A stretch of DNA of 45,349 bases from Octopus bimaculoides (Eukaryota). The notes beneath the pieces are model-generated. The model was not told where the DNA came from. It did no database searches and saw only the letters and a program-made list of their open reading frames with translations. Where the stretch lies: contig NC_068983.1 in NCBI RefSeq assembly GCF_001194135.2, forward strand, positions 111,613,072-111,658,420. Reading direction: 5' to 3'. The stretch's first letter is position 1; every line of letters starts with the position of its first letter. Below, piece by piece: positions 1 to 12,559 of the stretch. Made by a program: the position numbers and the translations under genes.

Positions 1-41
<41 letters not shown>

Positions 42-42
42 C

Positions 43-240
43 TGTGTTTGTACCCCCAACATCGCTTGACAACCGATGCTGGTGTGTTAATGTCTCTGTA
101 ACTTAGCGGTACCGCAAAAGAGACCGATAGAATAAGTACTAGGCATCCAAAGAATAAGTCCTGGGGTCGATTTGCTCGACTAAAGTCGGTGCTCCAGCAT
201 GGCCACAGTCAAATGACTGAAACAAGTAAAAGACTAAAAG
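43..240 (+). mobile_element. SINE 3' module (tail type A) following a (TA)n/(TG)n tract
   Basis: cttgacaaccgatgctggtg...gaataagtcctggggtcgatttgctcgac...gactgaaacaagtaaaaga resembles, from memory, a high-copy octopus SINE 3' half; any head would lie upstream of the window. Confidence 0.65.
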
Positions 241-404
241 AGATTAAAGAGTAGAGAATGGAAAATAAAGTGATCTCCAGTGGTCATTGATTTAGAGAGG
301 TGCTTATGATAGAAGGAAATGGAGAGAGAGACTTATAACATAGAATAAAACTGGTATTTTCTACAGGACCGCCTTCTGAGGTCTATGGACTGGCTGTATA
401 GTTA

Positions 405-802
405 TTGTTGTTGTTGTTGTTGGCACTCTGTTGCTTACGACGTCGAGGGTTCTAGCTAATCCGATCAACAGAACAGCCTGCTCATGATGAAATTAACGTG
501 CAAGTGGCTGAGCACTCCACAGACACATGTACCCTTAACGTAGTTCTCGAGGATATTCAGCGTGACACAGTGTGACAAGGCTGACCCTTTGAATTACAGG
601 CACAACAGAAACAGGAAGTAAGAGTGAGAGAAAGTTGTGGTGGAAGAGTACAGCAGGGTTCGCCACCATCCCCTGCCAGAGCCTCGTGAAGCTTTAGGTG
701 TTTTCGCTCAATAAACACTCACAACGCCCGGTCTGGGAATCAAAACCGTAATCCTATGACCGCGAGTCTGCTGCCCTAACCACTGAGCCATTGCACCTCC
801 AC
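405..802 (-). mobile_element. Near-complete tRNA-derived SINE (~400 bp) with (CAA)n tail
   Basis: Minus strand begins gtggaggtgcaaTGGCTCAGTGGttagggcagcagactc...ggttttGATTCCcag (A-box and B-box-like motifs, tRNA-like head) and ends in (caa)n at ~405-421. Confidence 0.8.
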
Positions 803-1384
803 TATGTATGGTTAGTACAATCTGATATGGTAGTGGAATAATACTGTAGCAGATAAAAGACAGGCTTAGAGGGCGGGGGAAGTAAGAAAAGATATCAAAT
901 ATCAAGAAGAGAAGTTAGATGCAAAGCTACTCATAGCAAAGGAAGAGGTAGACAGACAGAAGCTTGCATATGTTTTGCGATGTTTCATGACCAAAGGCAT
1001 AAGGTCTTCCAGATTACTAAAAAGCGTACATGAGAGGGTTTATATGTTGTTGAGTAGACTGATTTGTTTATTCTCATTAATGCTTTAAAGAAGGAGTCAT
1101 GAAAACGCTAGTTTGAATCTCTTGGGAGAGAAAAGGGGGGGCTGAAGAGAGCTGTGCCAGCACTCAGCTGGTACTAATTTCAGCTGGGTAGAGGGAAGCA
1201 GATTTACTACAGTTGGATGTCTTTCCTGTCACCAATTCTCAGCTGTTTCCAAGCATGGTTCAGTTTTCCCATGCCTTGACATGTTTTACACAGAAGACTC
1301 GAAGCAAGCAATCTCACTTGTATGATGATGATGGTCAGCCACAACCATCAAGTGGTGTCTGGACAAGGGTACTCACTAACACAA

Positions 1385-1475
1385 ATTTACATACATACAT
1401 ACATACATATATACATACATACATACATACATACATACATACATACATTACATACATGCATACATACATACATGT
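1385..1475. repeat. (ACAT)n microsatellite
   Basis: Direct tandem tetranucleotide repeat. Confidence 0.95.
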
Positions 1476-1480
1476 ATGCA

Positions 1481-1640
1481 TGATGTGCTTCTTTTAGTTC
1501 CTGTCTACCAAATTCACTAACACTTTGGGCAGTCCAGGGCTATAGTAGAAGACACTTGCCCAAGGTCTGCACAGTGGAACTGAACCCATGACCACATGGT
1601 TGAGAAGCTAGCCTCTTAACCACAGAATCCTGCTTGCACC
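1481..1640 (-). mobile_element. tRNA-derived SINE head plus CORE-like segment
   Basis: Minus strand: tgtggttaag...gggttcagttcc (A/B-box-like) then accttgggcaagtgtcttctactatagcc; homologous copies at 8700-8835, 19647-19730, 38730-38893, 39502-39668. Confidence 0.75.
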
Positions 1641-3606
1641 CTTATATGTTTTTACATATTTACATTCATGCACTCACAAATATATATTCTTAATTAAAAC
1701 AAGACGAATAGCACAAACATGATTGTGTTAGTATAAATAAAAGTTGTCTAAACTCTCTTATGTAAATGCTGTGTCTGTGTTTCTGTCCCTGGAAATAGAG
1801 TTGAAAGTAGTAGTCTATACTATTATAGACATCCTACTTAGTCCTTAGCATCATGTCCAGATTTTATGACAGTCAATGAAAGAGCCTAATAAAAGAGAAG
1901 CTGATTTTTGCAATGTTGCCAAATTCCTCAAGGACGATGTGACCTACTTGCATTAGTTCCAGCTGAGGGTGGACTGCTGTAGTTCGATTGTAGACTTATT
2001 GGTATTGCATCAATACCTAAGTAGTGGAGCATTTTGGGATACAGGGAGTGAGGTAAAAAAACTTCTTTATTTTTTGTTCTAGAAACACTGTAAGACTATA
2101 GTCCTCATCAAATTACAAATTGTATTATCGTTATGTCTTAACTTTTAGCTTCTTCCACGGATTAAAGCATAAAATAAAATGCTTCAGCAAAATCATTGAA
2201 GATAACTCTCCTAGACCATAGATTCAGTGCTTAATATTGATTTGCATAAAATTATCCAGATGAAAGATAAATCTTCTGTTGGACAGGAGTCTATTCTATT
2301 ACTAGTGATTTTCCCAGAAAATTATGGTGCATATTCGTGATAGCCATGGGAACAGAACTATATAGTTTTCAGTATTTTGACCAGATACTACAAAATGCTG
2401 GTCATAAATATGAACTCATGACCATAAATTGACAGCCCATTATCTCATTGAACCAACTATTTTGCTTCTGCAGACATTTATTTCAATTTTCTTCCATTTA
2501 TATTCAAGATGTTTTGCTTTGAATTTTTCTTTTAAAAGTATATTTTTTAAAAATTAACATCACCATAAAGAAAATATGGAAAACCATTCTTTATAATGAA
2601 TTGTTTTTAAAGCTTTCAGACAAAAACCACTGTATAATAAAGAATAAAATCAGGTGACTAGACATAAATCTAATATTTGGTTTAATACTGGCTTTTGCTG
2701 AGTGCTTTAGAGTAAAATGTTGTTATTATTTACATTTATATCTTAATTAACTTTTGTCATCTGAGCCATGGGAAAGCTATAATAACGAACAGGTCTATGA
2801 CAATAATTATAGTCCAAATGCATTTAACCAGCATTATATTCTCTGTAAATTACATTCCACACCATACTTCAGTATTTATTAGGATGCAAAATTATTATAC
2901 TTTGTAATAAGCAGCTACATTTCTACTAACAGAAATACAAATCTCTCTTAAAAATAAAATATAAATTAGAATTTCAGTTCTCATAAACCAAATATTTGAT
3001 ATTGCTAATTGATAATGTTAACAATAAAATACAAAGAAGTCATTTAACAAAAAATATCTGTAATAATATGCAATTAAGCAGTATACTCTGCTTCAACACA
3101 CTACTTATAAATGTGTGAGAACTGTTGAAATAAAGCAGGTAGCCTATAGAATACAGATTTATTTAATTTCCTGTAAAACAAAATAAAAAAATTGTAATGA
3201 ACCAGAATAAATAATTGAGAAAATAAATGGAAAAACTGATCTGAAATGCATTTATCTTTAAAACTTAAAGTTGTTTCATAAACTGTTTCACTCAACTCAA
3301 ATTGGTTTTAGAATCCAACATTATCGACTATATAATCAATTTTGAATATTTAGGCTTTACTGAATTGAGGAAATACAGCCCTTTTAATGATTAATGAGAT
3401 AACCTAATACGTTGACATCAATTCCTCATTAAAAAGGAAAATGCCAAACGATTTGCATAACTAATTTCTCTATAAAAGCATGGAGACTGAGTATTATTTA
3501 AACTGTGTAAAATTTTAAAAAAATAAATAAATAAATGATAGAAAAAATATTGTGGTAAGGTTAAAGAGCTGGACTTGAAATTAGTTAAACATACATTTAA
3601 ACTGTA

Positions 3607-3611
<5 letters not shown>

Positions 3612-3657
<46 letters not shown>
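3612..3657. repeat. (CA)n microsatellite
   Basis: Direct dinucleotide repeat. Confidence 0.95.
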
Positions 3658-3659
<2 letters not shown>

Positions 3660-3971
3660 TATGTGCATAGCAATATCTAAAAGAAACCGAAACTTCTTAA
3701 AAGAAATGTCTGTTTCACCTTTTAGTTCACCGGGTAATAATGAGTTTGCAAAGAGCATTCATAAATGCATGATTTAGGTGCCTATGAAAGGTTGCAAAAT
3801 ATTTGTAAATAAATATCTAATTTGATTGCTTGTTAATATTCAATAAAAATGACTGTATTAAAAAATACAGTGTATAGAAAAATACCAAAGAAAAAAAAAT
3901 AACAAAAGTTGAGAAAAGTACAGAGTAAAGAAGGAAAAATATAGGATTTAAAAAATAAATTAATCAAATAT

Positions 3972-6130
3972 ATCATCATCATCATCATCTTCTTTTAACA
4001 TTTATTTTTCCATGTTGGCATAAATTGAACAGTTTAACAGGAGCTGGTAAGTCAGAAGACTACGCCAAGTTCCATTGTCTGCTTTGGCATGGTTTCTATG
4101 GCTGGATGCCCCTCCTAATGCCGACCACTATACAGAGTGTATTGGTTGTAGTTTACATGGCACCAGCACTTGTAAAATCACCAGGTAACTTATGAGATAA
4201 GACTTCTTAAATGGGTGGGGTGAAGTTTTGAGGGCAGTGGCTTTGTGTCAAGTGATGAGAGGTTAAATTAACAATAGAGAGACAGAAATAGGTGTCTTGC
4301 ATAAAAGGAGGTTCATGGCTACCTCGGTAGGGAAGAGGAGAGAGAGAGAGAGAGAGAAGATGGAAGAAATGTGAAATAGGCAGTGTGGAGTCAAGTTACA
4401 GGTAGGTGCACATAAGTAAAGTAGAACCAAGGATTGGATAGGATGAGTGGGTGGGTAATTTCATGAGATTGTGACAGGGAAGTGGGAGATAGAGGGGAGG
4501 GAATGCAGTGAGAGGGTACAAACAGGAAGGGGCATTAGGAGAAAAGGTTGCAGGGAAGAGATTCAACAGGGACACATTGTGTGCATGTAGGTTTACAAGA
4601 GCGTGAAGGGAGACTGTGAGATAGAGGTGAGGGGAATACAGTGAGTAGGGAACTCAGTGGGTGGACGGGAGAGGTGTTAGGATGAAGAGTTTTGGGGGAA
4701 ATGTTTATCAGGGTCAGATTGTATGCAGGGACATTGACATAAACAATATGCTCTTATGGCCTCTATTTTAGTTAACTGGACAAGTCTTCTCAAGTACAGT
4801 AAAACACCAATCATCTCAGTCTTTTGTCATCTCGTCTATGATGATTAACATCTGATGATCGTTTCACACTACTTCATCCTTTATTTTCCTGGGTCTTCAT
4901 CCTCTACTGATTCCCTCCACATTTAAAGATTGATACTTTTTTATACAGCTGTCCTCATCCTCGTGCATCATATGACCATACCAGTGCAGCCTTCTCTTTC
5001 GCACACAGTATCTAATGCTTCTTATACCCAATTTTTCTCTCAAGACATTTACACTTTGTCAGTGATGCACACTGAAACTGCACTTCCAGTGGAGCATGTT
5101 GGCACCATTTCTTTCAAGCGTACACAAGTCCTCTACAGTAACATCCCATGTGTCACTAGCATGTAGCATAGCATTGCACAATCTGCCTTTCACCCTGAGA
5201 GAGAGAGTTCTTTTGTAACCAATAAAGGTAACAGCTCTCTGAACTTTGACCAGCCAGTTTTTATTCTAGCAACTATGCTTTCAGAACATCTTACTTCATT
5301 GCTTATTTGGTGGTCACCCATGTAACTGAAACTACATTCACTTTGAAGGAACGCCCAAGGCACTGGAGGAAATCTATTTCCTGTGTGTTCTTAGTATTTA
5401 TTATTCCTGCACATCTGCCACACTCAAAGACTACTTTCTCTGTTAGCCTTTCTGTGGTTTTAGTACTTATGTGTTCATAGCTTGCACTGGATATACCAAA
5501 TAAAATTTCTACCAACACCTTTTCTACATATCAAGCAGGGCTTTTCTCTGAAGGGATTAGTAATTTGTCTGCTTTCCTGCTAACAAAGATTTGGATCTTT
5601 GCTAAAATAATTCTAACACCCTTTGATATCAGGCCTTGCTTTCACACTAGAAATTTCTTCTCTAATTCTACTACAGATTTAGCTGAAATATAAGGTCATC
5701 AGCTTTCATGGGTAACCAGTTTTAAATTCTTCAGTTATGGCTTAAAGGACTATGCTAAACAAGAGATGACTGAAAATTTAGTTTTGGTGAAATCCTATCT
5801 GCACACTAAATTCGTTGCAATACTCATCGCTGACTTACACCTAATTGAAAACATCACTGTGCACGGCTGTGAATCCCTCACCAGCCATTCTCCTACCCCA
5901 AGTTTCCACAGCAACCACTGGATGAGGAAGAAAGGGATCCTGTCAAAGCCTTCTCCATATCAACAAATGCCAAATACAGCAGTTTATTTTTGGCTAAATG
6001 CTTCTCCTATAGTTTCCCTACTAGGAGGCTAGCATCAGTAATGGAACAAGACCTAACTGCATCTCATCTTAGTCTTACTAATTTGGTGAGCTTTGACCTT
6101 TTCTGAAACTTCATGATCTGGTCTAGCAAT
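3972..6130 (-). mobile_element. 5'-truncated, decayed RTE-clade LINE (RT core to 3' tail) with PHD-like insert
   Basis: Minus-strand translation gives LLDQIMK, LYLAFVDMEKA, EFSVQIGFHQ, AITEEFKTG, PCLICRKGVGRN, VFECGRCAG, then C-terminal RTE motifs; the 3' tail ends in (ATG)n like the 41750-43068 copy; many stops and frameshifts. Confidence 0.85.
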
Positions 6131-6190
6131 GAATGTATGTATGTATGTATGTATGTATGTATGTATGTATGTATGTCTGTATGCATGCAT
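6130..6190. repeat. (TATG)n microsatellite
   Basis: Direct tetranucleotide repeat. Confidence 0.95.
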
Positions 6191-6561
6191 GCATGCTGCT
6201 GGAGCTTTGTGCTGAACATGGACTTTACATTGCAAGCACTTATTTTATGCACACAGGTGATCACACAACAATGTGGATGCATCCAAGGTCTAAAGTTTGG
6301 CACTTACTGGATTATATAACCATCCGCAAGCATGACATCTATGACATTTGTAATGTCAAGTCCTTTCATGGATCAGAATGCTGGACAGACAACAGTCTGC
6401 TGCGAGCAAAGTTCCGGGTGATGATTAGAGTAAAAGAGAGAAGAGGGCCAGATGGCATTCCTCGGCATCTGAATGTCCACAAAATATATGATGCTGTGTT
6501 AAGGAAAGAGCTTCAGACTCGCTTGTCCAGCATTAAAATACTACAGTATGGGGAGATGTAA
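6190..6561 (+). pseudogene. RTE/BovB-like LINE AP-endonuclease C-terminal fragment
   Basis: ORF 6133-6561: LLELCAEHGL..TYF..WMHPRSKVWHLLDYI..GSECWTDNSLLRAK matches RTE APE motifs (HLLDY, WTDH-like). Confidence 0.85.
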
Positions 6562-6621
6562 AGCAATGATGATGTTGATGACATAATACACACACACTCA
6601 CACACATACACTCACATATAC

Positions 6622-6830
6622 ATCATCATCATCATTATCATCATCATCATCATTTAGCATTCATTTTCTATGCTGGCATGGGTGGGACAGTTTGTCAGGT
6701 GCTGGCAAGGCCAGAAACCTCAGGTTACCTTGTATGTTTTGGCATTGTTTCTGCTGTAGAGTGCCCTTCCTAACTTATCCCAACCACTTTACAGAGCATA
6801 GCAGGTGCATTCTATGTGGCATCAGTACCA
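6622..6830 (-). mobile_element. RTE LINE 3' tail fragment
   Basis: (cat)n followed by ttttctatgctggcatggg...gtgcccttcctaac, homologous to the tail of 41750-43068. Confidence 0.7.
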
Positions 6831-7548
6831 GTGTTTATTCAAAGATGAGTAAAAAAAAATACAAGACTGAAAATAACAGAATAAATGTAAATAGAAAAGG
6901 ATGGCTCTATTATGTAATCTGTTCTTTTGCAAAATAGGATAAGGAAAGGAAAGGAACAAAGAAAAATATTAAAATTGTTCTGAATAATTTTATAGAAGAT
7001 CTTTGTAAGCAATATTTGTCATGTATTGAAGTTATTAAAATAAATTTAAATTATTAAAGTTTTAAACAATAAATACATAATCAAATAGATGAGAGGAGCT
7101 TGCTATTTTTCTGCTGAAAATGAAGTTTTAGGTTTCGAAAATGACATTTATCCAGAGTTGCTATAGAGTGTAATTTCATTTTGGAAAATGATGGCCTAAA
7201 TTTTAGAGATACATGAATTACTGAAGTTAGAGATTTGGTTATAAGAATTTGCATATTTGAAAATTTGACAATTTATATTGAAATTTGTATGATTATTTTA
7301 TTGTTTGAATATAATTTGATAGGACCGACTGCTTGTCTAGCTGGAGTATGTTGATTTAACTTCAGCACCATATGATTTGCTATTAAACCAATATATTCTT
7401 TAACAGTAGGTTCATAAAATCATGTTACTTTTACATAGTAAACAACAGAGCTTGTTAAGCATTTACCATTAAATTTCACAAATCAGGATTAATTGAATGG
7501 GATTAGAAATAGTTGATAATTTGCATTTCAGACAGTGATTTGGTAAAT

Positions 7549-8040
7549 TTAATGGTCATCAAATGGGAACACTATGTGACCAACAACAAAGAACTGGAAA
7601 GAGCCAACAATTAAAGTAATGAATTGTCAATAATGAAAAACTGTCTTTGATGGTCAGGACATGTAGCAAGAATGGAAGTGTCAAGGTTTCCATGCCAAGT
7701 CTTATTCAATGAGATCACTTCAGGGAAAAGACCATGGGGTTGCCCTCTTTGAAGATACAAGGACCAACTGAAAGCAATACTGAAAGCCACAGGAATTGAA
7801 CCTAAATCATTTGAAACACAAGCCTGAGACCGTATCAAGTGGTGGTGTTCCATCACATTCAGAACTAAAAACTTCAAAACAAACAGAAGAGAAAAGGAAG
7901 AAATCAAACAACAGAACTCAACCTCATTTCCATGCAGTCAAGGCCATTGACACTTCTATGCAAAAATTGGTTTACAGAGTCACCATAAAGAAGAAACATC
8001 AGCAAAGAGGAAACTAAATTCTCAGATACAAGATGAAGCC
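7549..8040 (+). pseudogene. RTE/BovB-like ORF2 C-terminal fragment
   Basis: Translation IKWEHYVTN..WSGHVARMEVSRFPCQVLFNEITSGKRP..RYKDQLKAILKATGI..DRIKW..FYAKIGLQSH, typical RTE C-terminus, with stops. Confidence 0.8.
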
Positions 8041-8346
8041 ATCACTGCCGAGGATAGCAGTCTTTAATAATTTTTATGTTAAAAATTCTTGGTTGTTTTT
8101 CTAAGATTTGAGAAAGTAAAATGTCTATGTAAATGGTTTAGGGGTTTTCTCGCAATACAAATGCTTACTTCAAGATCATATAGAAGTATTAAACCATAGT
8201 ATATTGTTTTCTGTTTTTTCATCTAAGATTGTTATTATTATTTGTAATAGGCTTTATTTCATCTTTAAAAATTTCTTTTATAAAGCTTCATAGGGGGCTA
8301 ACATTTTTGGTTCGATATTTTAGTTTTGTTGTTTAATGGTTCAGAT

Positions 8347-8835
8347 TCATCATCATCATTGTTTTAACATTCATTTTTCTATTCTTGCATGGGTCAGATG
8401 GAATATATTAAGGCAGATTTTCTATTGCTAGATGCTCTTCCTGTTTCCAACCCTCATCAGTTTTCAAGCAAGGTAATATGTCCCCTTCTTCAGATATTTT
8501 TCATAGAAGACTAGAAATGAATGGCACTACTTGTATGGCAGTGGCACTTGCTTGCAACTCTCACGTGATGTCAAGACAAGGAAACATGAAACACTCTCAC
8601 AGATACACACATATATATGTACATAAATACACATGAACATGTACATACACACACACTCACACACACACTCAAACACGCACGCGTGCGCGTAAACACATAT
8701 ATGACATGCTTCATTAAGTTTCCATTTACTAAATCCACTAACAAGGCTTTGTTCAGTCTAGGACTATAGTAGGAGTCACTTGCCCCAAGGTGTCATGCTG
8801 TGGGATTGAACCTAATATCATAAGGTTTCCCATAA
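8347..8835 (-). mobile_element. Composite SINE: tRNA/CORE-like head, internal (CA)n tract, RTE-type tail (tail type B)
   Basis: Head at 8700-8835 homologous to 1481-1640; tail 8347-8455 shares two blocks and the (ATG)n end with the RTE LINE 3' end. Confidence 0.7.
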
Positions 8836-9287
8836 CTAAATAATTATCAAGTATATAATCTCAATGCAATTATTTAATATAAGTGTTAAATATATAGTTT
8901 AAGTTCAAATTTTCAAATAAGTCAAGGTTTTTCTTGAATGAATCGGTGTTTGGTTATTCACATTAAGATAGAAATGCTATCACCTCAACATAGCCCACTC
9001 CATACAAAAATAAAATTTAGCTTTAATTTAGAACAAAATGTAATAACAAATTAATTCAAAAATTTCTGCTGTGTCATTTGAACCAATGTTGACATCAAAG
9101 ATGCAATGCCATTTTAGCCTATGTACTGGCTGCTGTCAAAAGATGATAAACATTTTCTTAAATGCATTACAGTTTTAATATTGGATTCACTAATGAGAAT
9201 ATGACTGTCATTAAAAGTTAATGACTTTTGGAATAACAGTGTCATCTACAACGTTGAAGTGGATGAATTAGTACTGGTATGAATTAA

Positions 9288-9482
9288 CCCATTAGCATTT
9301 AAATTGATCATATCCAGCTTTATGTTTAAACAGACCAGATTTGGCCTCTTACACCTATCCTACAATGTCAATCTAAAAAATAAGCAACCCCTCATTGAAA
9401 TCTTGAAGATACAAGATATTAATTTTAAATAATGTGGATAAATAAACATTACATTTGAGAGAATAATGTAAATGCTAAAGGG
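9288..9482. mobile_element. piggyBac-like MITE (195 bp)
   Basis: TTAA at 9284-9287 and 9483-9486; termini CCCATTAGCATTTA and TAAATGCTAAAGGG (13/14 inverted match). Confidence 0.8.
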
Positions 9483-9904
9483 TTAAACCATTTTATGATG
9501 AAATAATGCTGTTCCACAAGGGAGGAATGAAAATTCCTGAGGCTTTATGGATCACTTTATTTAAAATCTTCTTAGCTAACAATTTCTAATTAACATTTAG
9601 CCCTAATTGATAGATCAATATAAAATTTGTTTTATGAGTCTTGAAGGTGAAATATAGTTTGCATGGAGCTAAAATTTCAGTTAGCTCATCTATATTTAAA
9701 CTAGTCACATTTTTTATAGTGTCTAAGGTAATGTAACATCTATCCATTGAAGTTACCAATAAAAAACATTGAATATGTCTCCCTCTGTTTTTCACCATGA
9801 AAATACTAAAATAAAGAGAAGAAAGAAAGTGAGAAGTCTGCAATTGGACATTAGAGATGGTTTACTAATTACATTGACACTAATATTTGACTGATAATTT
9901 ATTT

Positions 9905-10020
9905 ATTCAACCCCAAAAAGATAGAAGGCAAAGGTGAGTTTGGTAGTATTTGAACTCATATTGTAAAGGTCTGTATGTTAATACCACAAGACATTTTGTC
10001 AAATAGCTCTAATAACAATG
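9905..10020 (-). mobile_element. Decayed SINE of the family at 38313-38515
   Basis: caacccc.aaaagatagaaggcaaag...atttgaactca aligns by eye to 38375-38440. Confidence 0.55.
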
Positions 10021-10224
10021 GAGTGTTGTCTCCAAGGAGTTAATAATTACTGTATCATTGAAACTAGAAAATTAATCAATAATGATGGTCACTTGGCGAT
10101 TATAGAATTAATGAGGAACAAAGGTCTGGGATAGTATTCCCCACAAAGCAAATATATGTGTTGTGCTCTATACTATAATGTCTGTCTTTGTAGATGACTG
10201 TGTCATAGACACTGCAAATACAAT

Positions 10225-10480
10225 TGTTGTTGATGGTGGTAGTGTTTAACTCCAGGCCAACCCCACTGACCATGTCATCATCTTCAAATGCATTACAAGT
10301 CTAAGACTACATTATCAATCGTATCACCTTCCTTCACCATGATAAAAATGTGAAACATACATAGACACATTAGATCAAGTAGTCTTGTATAGTTCTAAAA
10401 TGACAGGATATTCACATCTAGTATGCCTTTGATCACAGGTTTTTTTCAGTCAAGACTGGCCTGAGAGTAGACAACATGGC
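10225..10480. mobile_element. Possible decayed MITE-like repeat
   Basis: Weak terminal complementarity (gtttaactccaggccaacc / ggcctgagagtagacaac) and a recalled octopus repeat motif atgcctttgatcacagg. Confidence 0.3.
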
Positions 10481-11489
10481 AAGATGTAATTTAATGTAAA
10501 TCTAGCTATTATTTCTAACAGATCTAATTATTATATAGGTGGTTCAATTCCTCATATGATACAGTAGTTTGTGGAGTTAAGAGTATCTTCGACTTTTTTA
10601 TTCATTTATTTTTTTTTTGTTCTGTACAATCTTTCATTTTTCATCTGTTTTTTTTTTTTTTTANNNNNNNNNNNNNNNNNNNNNNNNNNNNNNNNNNNNN
10701 NNNNNNNNNNNNNNNNNNNNNNNNNNNNNNNNNNNNNNNNNNNNNNNNNNNNNNNNNNNNNNNNNNNNNNNNNNNNNNNNNNNNNNNNNNNNNNNNNNNN
10801 NNNNNNNNNNNNNNNNNNNNNNNNNNNNNNNNNNNNNNNNNNNNNNNNNNNNNNNNNNNNNNNNNNNNNNNNNNNNNNNNNNNNNNNNNNNNNNNNNNNN
10901 NNNNNNNNNNNNNNNNNNNNNNNNNNNNNNNNNNNNNNNNNNNNNNNNNNNNNNNNNNNNNNNNNNNNNNNNNNNNNNNNNNNNNNNNNNNNNNNNNNNN
11001 NNNNNNNNNNNNNNNNNNNNNNNNNNNNNNNNNNNNNNNNNNNNNNNNNNNNNNNNNNNNNATATATATATATATATATGTATATATATATTCATAAACA
11101 CATAAATCAGTATGTGTGTGTGTGTGTATATACACATATATATGTATATATATATTCATATACACATAAATCTGTATGTGTGTGTGTGTATATACACATA
11201 TTAGCATTGTGTTGTTTGAGTGAAGCATTGAGTGATGAGCAAAAGACACCAGCTCACCACCAACTTGCATTTTCTCCTGATTAGATGATATTAACCTCAA
11301 AATACAGAAATATATGTTAAAGTGCAAATTGTTCTGATTTCCTTATTTCTATATTTTACTCCAATATTTCAATTTGCATAATATTCACTTTTTAACAATT
11401 TTAGTTTTGATTTTAAGTACTTTTAATCTATATATCACAGCACTGACCACACCATCAGATGCAGTTATACACTGCTGGTCACAATGCAC

Positions 11490-12525
11490 TTACAATCCTG
11501 TCTTTATTGTACCATTATTTTCCATGTTAACCCAAATCGTTTCACAAAATAATCTTCTTATCATCTTGGAAGTCTTCCAAGTAGCCTTTTCAATATCTTG
11601 GATGCCATTTGGCAAGTGCGTGGGTCCACCTGTTATCTGTGAACCTTGCAACATGTCTAACCCAGTGGAACTTGTGCTTTCAATATTTTGTGATCACATT
11701 GTTCACTCCAGTCCATTCTCAAATGATCTCATTTTAAATATGATCTCATAATGATAATCCTAACTTGAATCTTCCCCTAGTACTTTGCACCAAAGCCAAC
11801 TGATATTCTTTCCTCTTCATAATAGCCCACACCTCATGTGTATAAGAGCACAGGTAGAATGGTGTTATTGAAGAGTCTGGCACATGGTATTGTCAGTCTT
11901 TGTTTTGAGCACATCCTTTCATCCTGCTCTTATTCTCTTCTCTTTGTGATTTCAGCATCACATCTTGGCACATATTCACTGTGTATCCTAGGCAGAAGTA
12001 CTCCTTTACCTCCTCAATTTTATCACTTCTCACCTCTATTCAGCCTTGTGCTATGTCTTCTGACCGCATATATTTTGTTTACATGCTATTTCTTTTAGGG
12101 CCTACTGCTAAGCTATGGGTGTCCAGCTCAGACAGCATGGTCAGCAGTTTCAGTGATGAGTACAATGTCATCTGTTAATCAGAGAGAGCAAGCAGGTTTC
12201 TTTAGGAACTAAAGTACAATAGACCATTTATTCATTCTAACACAACCCATAGAATGAATGAATGCATACGAGTTTTCTGTGTATTACTTTTGTTGATAAT
12301 GAAAAGTCCTTTCATAGCGTTGAGATGAAATGCAATGTTGAAATTCCTGGAAATCTATATGTATAGCATAGTCTCATATAACGTAAGTGATTGGACATGC
12401 TATGAATTATTTCTTTATATTATATCACTGTACGTGTCAACTATCAAGTATGTTCATATGGTGTATAAGCAACCAAGGGATCTTGCTTCAAGAACTTTAC
12501 TGGAAATGATAGTAGAATATTAAAT
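11490..12525 (-). mobile_element. RTE-1-like LINE copy with 5' inversion
   Basis: Minus 11490-12176: TDDIVLITET, TKYMRS, KIEEVKE, RLFNNTILPVLLY, KRLLGRLP. Plus 12176-12525: EQAGFFRN*STIDHLFILTQ, FVDNEKSFHSVE, LEMIV. Confidence 0.75.
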
Positions 12526-12559
12526 CTGTCAGCAAATAAAGACATCCTGACAGTCAATT

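Noticed and set aside
730-802. tRNA gene (also 28715-28782)
   Set aside because: A and B boxes are present but the acceptor stem and cloverleaf are incomplete; the 730-802 head runs directly into a SINE body.
6050-6561. Head-to-head RT (minus) and APE (plus) fragments as a third 5' inversion
   Set aside because: A large stretch of ORF2 is missing between them, a microsatellite separates them, and they appear to be different RTE families.
8443-8460. CTGATGAG...GAAAC hammerhead-like string on the minus strand
   Set aside because: Stem II cannot close, stems I and III are absent, and the homologous copy at ~18490 reads ctcacctg, so the match looks like chance decay.
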